From positions 28,947 to 92,946 of the forward strand of contig CAZBFM010000002.1 of NCBI GenBank assembly GCA_964491455.1: a stretch of 64,000 nucleotides of DNA, given 5' to 3'. Numbering within the stretch: the first letter of the stretch is position 1; each line of letters starts with the position of its first letter. Under the pieces are notes generated by a model. That model worked only from the letters and a program-made list of their open reading frames with translations. It was not told the origin of the DNA and ran no database searches. Below are positions 20,410 through 30,268 of this stretch, piece after piece. The position numbers and the translations under genes were made by a program. Source of the DNA: an uncultured Candidatus Saccharibacteria bacterium (GTDB lineage: Bacteria; Patescibacteriota; Minisyncoccia; 2-02-FULL-40-12; GWA2-44-9).

Positions 20410-21444
20410 ATGCGTACCGCCATCGAACACATTCTCGCAGCGGCCGTACTCGCTCCCTCCGGAGACAATTGCCAACCGTGGCGTTTTGAAGTTGCACGCG
20501 ACACCATTGATGTGCACCTCGTGAGTGAGCGAGACACATCGCTCTATGGCGTCGGTCACTTTGCATCCTACATCGCACACGGAGCGCTCTTAGAGAATAT
20601 CGCCATAGCGGCGCGCGCGCAGGGAGTTCAGGCAACTATTTCGGAATTCCCTACGCCACACAATCAGCTCCACACCGCACGAATAACACTCTCGTCGATA
20701 CCCACGCGCCATGATCCTCTAGCCAGTGCGATTGCCGAGCGTTGCTCGAATCGAAAACCATACCTCTCCACACCCTTAACACCGCACCAACGAGATGTGC
20801 TTCGTGAAGCGGGAGGAAACGACACGATCTTCATCGAAGACGAATTAACTCGAAAACTTCTTGCATCCTCGCTGGCGGCAAATGAGAAGGTGCTCTTCGA
20901 AAATAGAGCGATGCATACGTTCTTCTTCGATCACATGCTCTGGACTGCACATGCGGCAGCAGCGAATCCCATTGGATTTCATCCAGCGTCACTCGAGCTC
21001 CCCGCACCAATTTATGGCATATGGCCAGCGTTTCGACATTGGCCAATCATGGCCACCTTAACGTCTCTTGGATTTGCGAATGCAATCGCTTTCGGGAACG
21101 CCCCGATCTATGCTTCAGGAGCAGCTCTCGCCTGTATTACAATCGTCGAGCGATCTGCGCGCGACTATCTTCACAGTGGCCGCACACTCCAACGCCTCTG
21201 GCTAACCGCCACTAACCTTGGGTTGAGTGCACAAATCCTCACAGGCATCCCGCTCCTTATGAATGCAGTTCATGCACGCACACCATGCCTTTCACCAAAG
21301 CATGCGCGCTTCATCGAACGGCACTACGCTCATCTACAACACCTTGTTGGAGCTCCACATGCAGAGATCGCTTTTTTTCTTCGAGTTGGTGTCAGCCCTA
21401 AGCCAAGCGCTCGCACGCCCCGTGCAGCACCCACCATCACATGA
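20410..21444 (+). CDS. Extended nitroreductase-family (FMN-dependent) protein.
   Basis: N-terminal PSGDNCQPWRF nitroreductase motif. Its 344-aa length suggests two nitroreductase-like lobes. The stop overlaps the histidine kinase start (ATGA). Confidence 0.6.
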   Translation: MRTAIEHILAAAVLAPSGDNCQPWRFEVARDTIDVHLVSERDTSLYGVGHFASYIAHGALLENIAIAARAQGVQATISEFPTPHNQLHTARITLSSIPTRHDPLASAIAERCSNRKPYLSTPLTPHQRDVLREAGGNDTIFIEDELTRKLLASSLAANEKVLFENRAMHTFFFDHMLWTAHAAAANPIGFHPASLELPAPIYGIWPAFRHWPIMATLTSLGFANAIAFGNAPIYASGAALACITIVERSARDYLHSGRTLQRLWLTATNLGLSAQILTGIPLLMNAVHARTPCLSPKHARFIERHYAHLQHLVGAPHAEIAFFLRVGVSPKPSARTPRAAPTIT

Positions 21445-23099
21445 CCACACCGATGTCACTCGGACTTATTGGAAGCTCGCTTACTAGTGGATTAGGCAAT
21501 CTCGATCTTGTCGCGATTCTCATCGCCGTCGCGGCGCTCCTCACGCTTGGATTTATCGTGTACTTCAATAATCCGAAGAGTGCAACGAATCGAGCATTCC
21601 TCATGTTCTCGCTCATGACCGTTGCATATGGTTCCGCCAATTTTGCAAGCTACCAAATAACGGACCCCTGGCAGGTACTATGGCTGTTGCGGATCACGAT
21701 GTTTTCGGCCGTCTGGCATGCTGCATCTTTTTTCTATTTATTTTTTGTATTTCCTCGTCAACAAGCCGCACTGCCACGCTGGATCACACTCGGTGCGTTT
21801 CCCGTTGCGATGGTGACGAGCGCACTCACACTTACGCCATATGTGTTTCGCTCTATCCAAGTCGTCTCCCAGGTGGGCTCGGTAACCAATCCAGTGCGCG
21901 GTCCTGCTATCCCGTTTTTCGGAGCCGTAGCGGGCGCATTTGTGCTCGCTGGTCTCGCAGAACTTCTCAAAAAAACGTTCGCGGGTGAAGAGATTCAACG
22001 AAAGCAGGCGCGCGTCATTCTCGCGGGTGCTTCTATGACATTTTTACTCATTCTTGTCTGTAATGTGCTCCTGCCGCTGGCATTCAACATACTGAGATTC
22101 ATACCGCTTGTTCCTATCTTCTTTCTTCCCTTCGTCCTCTTGACCGCACATGCGATTCGCAAATATCGATTCCTGGAAACAAAGGTACTTGCAACCGAAA
22201 TGATCGCGCTCGTCTTGGTCATTCTCAATATGATCGAACTAGTCATCGCAAAGGATCTTGGAACTCTTATATTGCGCGTGGGCGTGTTCTCGGCTGTGCT
22301 GGCATTTAGCATCATGCTCATCAAGTCCATTGTCCGCGAGGTCAACCAGCGCGAACGACTTCGAGCGCTGTCTGACGACCTCCAGAAAGCGAATGCGAAG
22401 CTTACGCAACTGGACACGCTTAAATCTCAATTCTTGTCATTTGCCTCGCATCAACTTCGGACGCCACTAACAGCAATCAAGTGGCAGGCTCAGCTCTTAC
22501 GTGACGGCACCGTGGGGCAACTCCCAGAGAAAGCACTGGAAATTGCGCATGGGATTGAAGAATCGTCACAGCGCATGCTCGAGCTCGTTTCGGAATTCCT
22601 CAACCTCCGAAAACTCGAAGAGGGAAAAATGGAATACTCATTTGAGCCCACCGATATCGCCGAGCTCACATCGCGCATCGTAGAAGACATTCGACCGCTC
22701 GCCTCCCATAAGGGCCTCGAGCTCACATTCGTGAATCATGCTTCGCAATCACTCTGCTCAGTTGACCGACAAAAATTCTCGCAAGTCGTTCAAAATCTCG
22801 TCGATAATGCCATCAAATACACCGACCATGGCAGCGTTCAGATCTTCATAAACAACACCGCGGAAAAAAGGATTCGCATCGTGGTGACAGATACTGGCCA
22901 TGGGATAGACCCAACCGTTATTAGCTCGCTCTTTGAGCAGTTTGTTCGCGATAAGAAAGAAGCAAAAACAATTGAAGGCACAGGGCTTGGCCTTTACATC
23001 GCCAAGCAGATGATGGACGCCCACCAGGGAAGCATCCTTGCCTCGTCTCCGGGAAAAGGAAAGGGCAGCACATTCACGATTGAACTGCCAACGCTCTAG
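21441..23099 (+). CDS. Sensor histidine kinase with a multi-pass membrane sensor domain.
   Basis: At least 6 TM helices, then an H-box SHQLRTPLTAI, an N-box, DTGHGIDP (G1) and GTGLGLYIAKQ (G2). Confidence 0.85.
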   Translation: MTTPMSLGLIGSSLTSGLGNLDLVAILIAVAALLTLGFIVYFNNPKSATNRAFLMFSLMTVAYGSANFASYQITDPWQVLWLLRITMFSAVWHAASFFYLFFVFPRQQAALPRWITLGAFPVAMVTSALTLTPYVFRSIQVVSQVGSVTNPVRGPAIPFFGAVAGAFVLAGLAELLKKTFAGEEIQRKQARVILAGASMTFLLILVCNVLLPLAFNILRFIPLVPIFFLPFVLLTAHAIRKYRFLETKVLATEMIALVLVILNMIELVIAKDLGTLILRVGVFSAVLAFSIMLIKSIVREVNQRERLRALSDDLQKANAKLTQLDTLKSQFLSFASHQLRTPLTAIKWQAQLLRDGTVGQLPEKALEIAHGIEESSQRMLELVSEFLNLRKLEEGKMEYSFEPTDIAELTSRIVEDIRPLASHKGLELTFVNHASQSLCSVDRQKFSQVVQNLVDNAIKYTDHGSVQIFINNTAEKRIRIVVTDTGHGIDPTVISSLFEQFVRDKKEAKTIEGTGLGLYIAKQMMDAHQGSILASSPGKGKGSTFTIELPTL

Positions 23100-23137
23100 C
23101 TGGAATTCGTCATTATTACTGTGGTATACTTGGGGGT

Positions 23138-23533
23138 ATGGACAACGCAAAACCCCTCATTCTCGTTACCGATGATGACGCGAGCATTCGGAATATTCTC
23201 CACATAAAACTGGAAGCCGCTGGCTTTCGAGTATCCGAAGCAACGAATGGACAGGAAGCGATCGATTTTTGCAAAAAGGAAAAGCCGGCACTTATCGTTA
23301 TGGACGTGGGGATGCCGGTCATGTCAGGCACAGAGACAGTAACTGCAATAAAGAAAGACGATGCGATAAAGGATATTCAAATTATATTCTTAAGCAATTT
23401 CGGAGAGGAAAACGAGCTCAATGCGTGGCTTGATCAGAAGTTCGCAAAAGAACTCGGCGCTGTAGATTACATGAAAAAGTCGGAGGATATATCCAGGATC
23501 ATCGAGAAGATAACGTCTCTCGTTCATGTCTAG
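23138..23533 (+). CDS. Stand-alone response-regulator receiver (CheY-like).
   Basis: ILVTDDDASIRN...LIVMDVGMPVMSG...KK carries the receiver Asp/Lys signature. 131 aa. Confidence 0.8.
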   Translation: MDNAKPLILVTDDDASIRNILHIKLEAAGFRVSEATNGQEAIDFCKKEKPALIVMDVGMPVMSGTETVTAIKKDDAIKDIQIIFLSNFGEENELNAWLDQKFAKELGAVDYMKKSEDISRIIEKITSLVHV

Positions 23534-25256
23534 CGATGGCGCAAAAACTGTTCTTATCATCGAAGATAACTTCTTTATGGCGCAACTATTGCGCGAGAAG
23601 CTGGAACACCAAGGCTTTGCGGCAATCCATGCTCAAAATGGGAACATCGGCGTCGATGAAGCGCTCAAGAAAACCCCAGCGCTAATACTCGTCGATATCC
23701 CCCTCTCCGGCGACATGGACGGCTTTGCAACACTTACTGCACTCCGAGGCATCCAGTCCCTCGAACACGTACCCGTCCTCACGCTATTCACCACAAAGGA
23801 TCAAGGCGATATCGAAAAGCTGGAAAAAATAGGCTTTGCGGAGTACCTCGTAAAAGCAGATGCAAACGCCGATGCCATCGTTCTGAAAGTCGTCGAGCTC
23901 ATCACCGGAGTTTTACAAAAATCGACCAAGATCATCGCGCCGGGCGAAAAAGAACTGAAGACGGTGCCACCGAAGGTACGCGCAGTGATAGCAGAATCAG
24001 GCAACGAAGGATCACAGTATGTCGCGCGCGCCGCAACTATCAAGGCGGAAGTAGCAACCATGTTGAAACTTCCCGAAGCGGAAATATCCATCATCACACT
24101 TGTCGATGACATGATGATATTTGCATTTCTAGCCAGAGCGTCAGACGTTCACCTTGAGCCGTTTGAAGAGACTCTCGTTGCTCGTATGCGTATCGATGGG
24201 ATCCTGAGCGACGAATTCACATTCCCTAAGGCGCTCCACGCCGGCATCATTTCGCGCATCAAAGTATTAGGCGGCATGCGCACCGATGAACACCAAGCCG
24301 CTCAAGATGGACGCTTCCAGATGACAATCCCAGATATTCAAAAGCAATTCGATGTTCGCGTCAGTATTATCCCGACATATTACGGTGAAAATGGAGTCTT
24401 GCGTTTACTCGCAGAACAAACATCTATCAGCTCACTTGATAATTTAGCCTTTACTGATTTCGATCGTGCTCGCATCCGCAAGGCCGTCAAAACACCCTAC
24501 GGCATGATCCTCGCTACAGGACCTACGGGATCCGGAAAAACCACCACGCTCTACACCATTCTACGAGAGCTCAACACGCGAGCAGTCTCCGTCATCACCA
24601 TCGAAGATCCGATTGAGTACTCACTCGAGGGCGTCGATCAAATACAGGTCAACACCCGTACGGGCCTCACCTTTGCCACCGGTCTTCGATCTATCCTTCG
24701 ACAAGACCCCAACATCATTATGGTTGGAGAGATTCGCGATGAAGAAACCGCATCGATCGCAATCAATGCCGCGCTCACGGGACACAAGCTCTTAAGCACC
24801 ATCCACACGAACGACGCGGCAACAACACTTCCCCGCTTGCTTGATATGGGCATCGAGCCATTTCTTGTGGCGTCAACGGTCAATGTTGCCGTCGGACAGC
24901 GTTTAGTTCGCATGATATGCAATGAGTGCAAGGTACCCCGACGGATCACAGAGGGCGAGTTTAATGCTCTCAAAGAAAACATTCCGGAATCGATTCTCGG
25001 AGATCATCACGATTACTTTCAGGGCAAGGGCTGCGATGCGTGTGGGCAAACGGGCTATCGCGGACGTATGGGTATCTATGAGATACTAGAGATGAGCGAC
25101 TTCATTCGTGAGGCGCTGATGAGGCGCGCGGACGCTGGAGAAATTAAAAAGATTGCAGTCAAAAATGGCATGACCACGCTCCTAGAAGATGGATTCAAAA
25201 AAGCAGTGGAAGGTCGCACCACCATCGAAGAACTACTTCGCGTTATTCATGAATAA
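23526..25256 (+). CDS. pilB: Type IV pilus/T2SS assembly ATPase (PilB/GspE family) with an N-terminal receiver domain.
   Basis: An N-terminal REC fold (KTVLIIEDNFF...LILVDIPLSGDMDG) precedes a GspE core. The core carries Walker A GPTGSGKTTT, the Asp box and His box (GEIRDEETA...TIHTNDA), and a tetracysteine motif CNEC...CDACG. Confidence 0.85.
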   Translation: MSSDGAKTVLIIEDNFFMAQLLREKLEHQGFAAIHAQNGNIGVDEALKKTPALILVDIPLSGDMDGFATLTALRGIQSLEHVPVLTLFTTKDQGDIEKLEKIGFAEYLVKADANADAIVLKVVELITGVLQKSTKIIAPGEKELKTVPPKVRAVIAESGNEGSQYVARAATIKAEVATMLKLPEAEISIITLVDDMMIFAFLARASDVHLEPFEETLVARMRIDGILSDEFTFPKALHAGIISRIKVLGGMRTDEHQAAQDGRFQMTIPDIQKQFDVRVSIIPTYYGENGVLRLLAEQTSISSLDNLAFTDFDRARIRKAVKTPYGMILATGPTGSGKTTTLYTILRELNTRAVSVITIEDPIEYSLEGVDQIQVNTRTGLTFATGLRSILRQDPNIIMVGEIRDEETASIAINAALTGHKLLSTIHTNDAATTLPRLLDMGIEPFLVASTVNVAVGQRLVRMICNECKVPRRITEGEFNALKENIPESILGDHHDYFQGKGCDACGQTGYRGRMGIYEILEMSDFIREALMRRADAGEIKKIAVKNGMTTLLEDGFKKAVEGRTTIEELLRVIHE

Positions 25257-25279
25257 ACCATAACTACAAGCGGAGGGAT

Positions 25280-26356
25280 ATGAAATGGTTTGACTCACTC
25301 AGCTCATTGGGATTTCGCTTGTCACTCAAAGACAAGATGCTGTTTGCGCGTCACATGGAAATGATGACCCGCTCGGGCATGCAAATACTCGACGCCCTCG
25401 AGATTCTCAAGAAGCAAACCAAATCCAAACCATTTATCTCAATGGTCGACCATCTCATCGAAGATGTTCGCAATGGCCAGAACTTATCTGTTGGGATGCA
25501 GCGCTATAAGAATGTGTTCGGTGAATTCTTCATCAATCTTATTCGCGTTGGAGAATCATCAGGAACACTTTCGGAAAATTTTGCCTACCTCGCCACCGAG
25601 CTGGGCAAGAAATCTGAGCTTCAGAAAAAAATTCGTGGGGCAATGGCGTATCCTCTCGTCATTCTCTTTGCCACGTTTGGCATATCGGGAATTCTTTCGT
25701 TCGTCATATTCCCAAAAATTCTTCCCGTTCTTCGAAGCCTCAACACAACACTCCCTCTCTCTACTCGTATTTTCATTTCCATATCGGAATTTATGATTTC
25801 CAATGGACTCCTTCTCTTCGGAGTTGTTATTGGCGGCATCGTGCTTGGGACCCTCCTGTTACGCATCGGTGCGATCCGGCTCTTCTGGCATCGTATTATC
25901 CTCGCAACACCTTTTGTGAATCGCATGTCAATCGACATTAATATTATCAGCATATCTCGCACACTCAATCTCCTCCTCCGCGGAGGCGTCAAAATAGTCC
26001 AGGCACTAGAAATCACCTCCGACACACTAACGAATCTCGTATATCAGACTGAACTACGGATCATTGCGCAAGCAGTGCAACGAGGAGAACCCATGAGTAA
26101 ATCGATGATCCTCAATGAGCGACTCTTCCCTCCTACGTTTAGTCAGATGGCCGCAGTTGGTGAAAACACGGGAAAGCTCGATGAGACGCTCGTGTTCTTA
26201 GCGGACTTCTATGAAAGCGAAATGGATAATTCGACAAAGAGCATGAGCAACGTATTAGAGCCGGCGATGTTGCTGGCAATGGGAGGCATTGTCATGTTCG
26301 TCGCCATCTCGATCATCACACCCATTTATTCGGTCACGCAAACACTTGGTCGCTAA
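25280..26356 (+). CDS. pilC: Type IV pilus inner-membrane platform protein (PilC/GspF family).
   Basis: Two GspF-type repeats, 3 TM segments, and a position immediately after pilB. Confidence 0.8.
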   Translation: MKWFDSLSSLGFRLSLKDKMLFARHMEMMTRSGMQILDALEILKKQTKSKPFISMVDHLIEDVRNGQNLSVGMQRYKNVFGEFFINLIRVGESSGTLSENFAYLATELGKKSELQKKIRGAMAYPLVILFATFGISGILSFVIFPKILPVLRSLNTTLPLSTRIFISISEFMISNGLLLFGVVIGGIVLGTLLLRIGAIRLFWHRIILATPFVNRMSIDINIISISRTLNLLLRGGVKIVQALEITSDTLTNLVYQTELRIIAQAVQRGEPMSKSMILNERLFPPTFSQMAAVGENTGKLDETLVFLADFYESEMDNSTKSMSNVLEPAMLLAMGGIVMFVAISIITPIYSVTQTLGR

Positions 26357-26357
26357 T

Positions 26358-28115
26358 ATGAAACAACGAACGGGACAACGGGGGTTCACCGTCCTTGAGA
26401 CGTTAATCGGAATCGCGATTCTTTCTATCGTGAGCACCGCTGTGTATTTTTCGTATTCCAATATCCTCGATATCGTTCAGGCGGCGCAGTACAACAACGC
26501 GGCGCTAAGCATCATGGAATCAAACGTCGAATCAGTTCGAAATATGCGCTACGAAGATATCGGCGTCATTGGCGGAGCTCCCGCGGGTCTCATCCCCCAG
26601 GTAACATCCGTGACGCTCGGTACAACGACCTACACGCTCCACACGTATGTTCGCAATATTGACGATTCCTTCGACGGAACTCTGGGTGGAACGCCCAACG
26701 ATACCGCCCCAGCTGATTATAAGCTCGTTGAATTCCAAGTTACCTGCGATAGTTGCACTCGCTATCGCGAGCTCACCATGGCAACCTATGTAGCCCCAAA
26801 GAATCTCGAGAGTGCCAGCAAAAATGGCAACCTCTTTGTTCGCGTGCTCGATGCGTCGGGTATTCCCCTGAGTGGCGTGACTGTCCGGGTTACGAATAAC
26901 AAGGTGACACCCGCTATCGATCTCACGGATACGACGAATACGAATGGCATCCTGCAACTCGTCGGGATAGCTACGAGCTCTTCAGGGTATCACCTAGTTG
27001 CGTCAAAAACCGGCTACAGCACCGATCAGACTTATCCCATAGGCGCACCTGCGAATCCGGTAAAGCCGGACGCCACGGTCGCGAATCAACAGCTTACCAT
27101 CTCAACTCTTGCCATCGATGCACTTGGGTCACTACGCATTCAAGCCCGCACAGCATATTGTCAAAACGTGCCCTCTTTTGATTTTCTTATTACCGGAGCA
27201 CAGCTCATTGGCACGAAACCGGACGTGCCTAAATATTCCGTACCGCTCACCACAGACACCAATGGGTCGTACGTGAACCAAAGCCTCGAATGGGATTTCT
27301 ATTCGATTCGCGCAACCGATGCTTCCTATGATCTCGCTGCCACCGTCTCATCGCTCTCGTTCTCACTAGCACCGAGTGAGTCAAAAACTCTCTCGTGGAT
27401 GCTCGCTGATAAATCAAGCAATAGCACAACGCTATCAGTCGTCGATCAATCAGGGACTCCAATCTCGGGTGCAACGGTGCGAGTCACAGGCACCTCCTAT
27501 GATCAATCACGCACCACGAGCTACTATCCGTTCACACAAACAACCTGGGCAAGCAATGAGTTCACCAGCAAAAGCACACTCATGAGCACGGCAACGCCCG
27601 GATTGCTCACGCTGGGTATGATTGCTGGATCGTACGCGAGCGCTAGCAATGAGTGGCTCATTTCGAACACGATAGATCTTGGCACCTCCAGCACATCACT
27701 CGGGGTTCTACGCTGGTCTCCCATAGTTCAACCTCCGACCGTAGGCACAGGTGCGTTGCAGATACAAATCGCAGGCAACTCTGATAACGCGACATGGAAT
27801 TGGGTCGGCCCTGATGGAACACCTGGAACATTTTTCTCGACACCTGGGCAACTCATTCCTGAAAGTCTTCGTGGGTCCCGCTACCTCCGCTACCGCGTCG
27901 TCATGGACACTGCTGACGTCAATCAATCACCTCAACTCGATGATATATCGCTGGAATTTTCTTCTGACTGCGTTCCCCTTGGGCAAGTCTACTTTAATGG
28001 CCTCGCCCTTGGCAGCTACACCGTGACCATTTCTCATCCGAATTATCAGGCGTTTACCGGGACCCTCGTCATCTCAAGCGACTGGAGCCGGTCTACATTC
28101 ACACTCTTACCATGA
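26358..28115 (+). CDS. Large prepilin-like protein (about 585 aa; pseudopilin or putative tip adhesin).
   Basis: Class III signal peptide KQRTGQRGFTVLETLIGIAIL (G/FTxxE cleavage-methylation motif), followed by Ig-like/carboxypeptidase-regulatory-like beta domains. The start was moved to the ATG at 26358, just after the pilC stop. Confidence 0.7.
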   Translation: MKQRTGQRGFTVLETLIGIAILSIVSTAVYFSYSNILDIVQAAQYNNAALSIMESNVESVRNMRYEDIGVIGGAPAGLIPQVTSVTLGTTTYTLHTYVRNIDDSFDGTLGGTPNDTAPADYKLVEFQVTCDSCTRYRELTMATYVAPKNLESASKNGNLFVRVLDASGIPLSGVTVRVTNNKVTPAIDLTDTTNTNGILQLVGIATSSSGYHLVASKTGYSTDQTYPIGAPANPVKPDATVANQQLTISTLAIDALGSLRIQARTAYCQNVPSFDFLITGAQLIGTKPDVPKYSVPLTTDTNGSYVNQSLEWDFYSIRATDASYDLAATVSSLSFSLAPSESKTLSWMLADKSSNSTTLSVVDQSGTPISGATVRVTGTSYDQSRTTSYYPFTQTTWASNEFTSKSTLMSTATPGLLTLGMIAGSYASASNEWLISNTIDLGTSSTSLGVLRWSPIVQPPTVGTGALQIQIAGNSDNATWNWVGPDGTPGTFFSTPGQLIPESLRGSRYLRYRVVMDTADVNQSPQLDDISLEFSSDCVPLGQVYFNGLALGSYTVTISHPNYQAFTGTLVISSDWSRSTFTLLP

Positions 28116-28708
28116 GGCTTTACGGATTCACCCTTATAGAAATACTCGTGGCAATGACGATCACGTCTATGACCCTTGTTTTTGTAACGTATTTCTCACT
28201 CAATATTTCGAGCTTTGGAACTGACCTAAATTCTCGACTAGAATCAGAATACGAGCTTCAGCTGGCCCTTCGCACCATGTCATCGGAAATTAGATCTATG
28301 GGACCGGGTAGTAATGGCGCTTACCCCATAGCCACAGCAACGGCAACGACGTTTATGTTTTATAGCGACATCGATGGAGATGGTTCATTCGAGCAAGTGC
28401 GCTACTTCCTCGAGGGAACGGTTCTTAAAAAAGGAGTGACTCGAGCAACAGCAACGGAGCCGATCCTGTATCCGTCAGCAAACGAAACAGTCATTGAAAT
28501 CGCGCACTACCTTACCTCGACATCTCTCTTTTCCTTCTTCGCTGAAGGCCATCCTGACATTATTGCCCCGCTCGCAACGCCCGTGACACTCTCTCAAATT
28601 CGCCTCGTGCGTATTACCGGCACTGTTGATCGCGACACCATGCAGCCGCCACTCCCAAGCACGCTCTCAACGTCTATCACCATTCGAAATTTAAGAGGCG
28701 AAATATGA
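28112..28708 (+). CDS. Minor pilin (prepilin-type N-terminal domain).
   Basis: MRLYGFTLIEILVAMTITS prepilin motif. Confidence 0.7.
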   Translation: MRLYGFTLIEILVAMTITSMTLVFVTYFSLNISSFGTDLNSRLESEYELQLALRTMSSEIRSMGPGSNGAYPIATATATTFMFYSDIDGDGSFEQVRYFLEGTVLKKGVTRATATEPILYPSANETVIEIAHYLTSTSLFSFFAEGHPDIIAPLATPVTLSQIRLVRITGTVDRDTMQPPLPSTLSTSITIRNLRGEI

Positions 28709-30147
28709 CAACAAGCACGCTCGCACCTCAAAAGGGTCAGATGACGCTCTATGTCCTGATATTTAGCGCAGTCGCTCTTGTCGTGCTCTCAGGTTTCGTA
28801 CTATGGGCAGATAGTAATATACGAATTGTATTTCGTGACGTCGATAAATCGCAAGCCTTCATGGCGTCCGAGGCGGGCATTGAATATTATCGCTGGCATC
28901 TTGCGCATGCGCCAAGCGATTATAAAGACGGAACCCAGTCCAGTGGTCCCTACACACACGACCTGAAGGACAAGGATGGAAACGTGATTGCCGCATTCTC
29001 GCTTGGCATAACCGCACCACCAACCGGATCAACTGTCGTCACCCTGAATTCAACGGGAACGGTAGCCGCGAATTCCACGGTGAGCAAAATCATTGAGGCC
29101 AAGATGGCAATCCCATCATTTGCGAAGTATGCCGCTGTCATCGGTTCAGAAGTACGATTCGGTGAAGGAACCGATCTCTATGGCCCCATTCACAGCAATG
29201 GAGGCGTACGCATGGATGGTATCGCCCATAACATGGTTACCAGCGCGGTGGCAACGTACGACGACCCCGACCATAACGGTGGCAATGAATTTGGCGTTCA
29301 CACGCATATATCACCAGTCGATCCGCTGCCACCAGCAGCCACACCGAAACGAAGTGACATTTTTATGACAGGACGATCGTTTCCAGTCGCACCCGTTGAT
29401 TTTCTTGGCATAGCACAAGACCTCTCTTCAATGAAAACCATTGCGAATGCTAACCAATCATACTGGAAGCCATCGGGTGCGAAAGGATATGAAATTATAC
29501 TGAAAACAAATGACACCTATGACCTCTATAAGGTCACTTCGCTCGTCGCGGCGCCATCAGGATGTACAAACTCCCAAAATCAAACCGGTTGGGGCACCTG
29601 GAGCATCTCGGCCAAAACACTCATCGGCAATAAGCCGATTCCATCCAGCGGTGTTATCTTTGTCGAAGACGACGTATGGGTAAGCGGTCAAATCTCTACA
29701 GCACGCGTTACGATCGCTTCCGCCAGATTCCCCGACAATGCTAGTACTCGCTCGAGTATCACCATTAACAACGACCTGAAGTACTCGTCGTATTCCGGCT
29801 CAGATGTCATCGCGTTGATCGCTCAAGACAACATAAATATTGGCATGGTATCAGCAACAACGCTCCGCATTGATGCCGCCCTCATGGCAGAAAACGGGAG
29901 AGTGGGACGTTACTATTACAATCCCCCCACCAACAAGAACAATTGTGGACCTTATCATTCACGCAGTTCCATCACAAGCTTTGGCATGCTCGCTTCAAAT
30001 CAACGCTATGGCTTTGCGTATACGGACGGAACCGGCTACATCACTCGCACCATCATTTACGATGCTAATCTCTTATATGGACCACCTCCGAGCTTCCCAC
30101 TCACGGCTGACTTCTACACGCCGATTTTCTGGAACGAAAAAAAGTAG
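28705..30147 (+). CDS. PilX-like or pilus-associated protein with an N-terminal hydrophobic anchor.
   Basis: QKGQMTLYVLIFSAVALVVL pilin-like N-terminus lacking Glu5, followed by a roughly 440-aa extracellular region. Confidence 0.5.
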   Translation: MTTSTLAPQKGQMTLYVLIFSAVALVVLSGFVLWADSNIRIVFRDVDKSQAFMASEAGIEYYRWHLAHAPSDYKDGTQSSGPYTHDLKDKDGNVIAAFSLGITAPPTGSTVVTLNSTGTVAANSTVSKIIEAKMAIPSFAKYAAVIGSEVRFGEGTDLYGPIHSNGGVRMDGIAHNMVTSAVATYDDPDHNGGNEFGVHTHISPVDPLPPAATPKRSDIFMTGRSFPVAPVDFLGIAQDLSSMKTIANANQSYWKPSGAKGYEIILKTNDTYDLYKVTSLVAAPSGCTNSQNQTGWGTWSISAKTLIGNKPIPSSGVIFVEDDVWVSGQISTARVTIASARFPDNASTRSSITINNDLKYSSYSGSDVIALIAQDNINIGMVSATTLRIDAALMAENGRVGRYYYNPPTNKNNCGPYHSRSSITSFGMLASNQRYGFAYTDGTGYITRTIIYDANLLYGPPPSFPLTADFYTPIFWNEKK

Positions 30148-30268
30148 AATATGTGGACATCTCGAAGAGCGTTTGCTGATATACTGTACGCATAAGGTCG
30201 ATAGCTGGGACGCTCCATGCATGGCGCCTCAGTGATATGTATTCAAGTGTAATAAATTATTTTTATCT

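Noticed and set aside
19196-21444. A TOMM (thiazole/oxazole) cluster call based on the E1-like plus nitroreductase pair.
   Set aside because: No YcaO cyclodehydratase and no Cys/Ser/Thr-rich precursor peptide is present nearby. It is kept only as an analogy in the findings.
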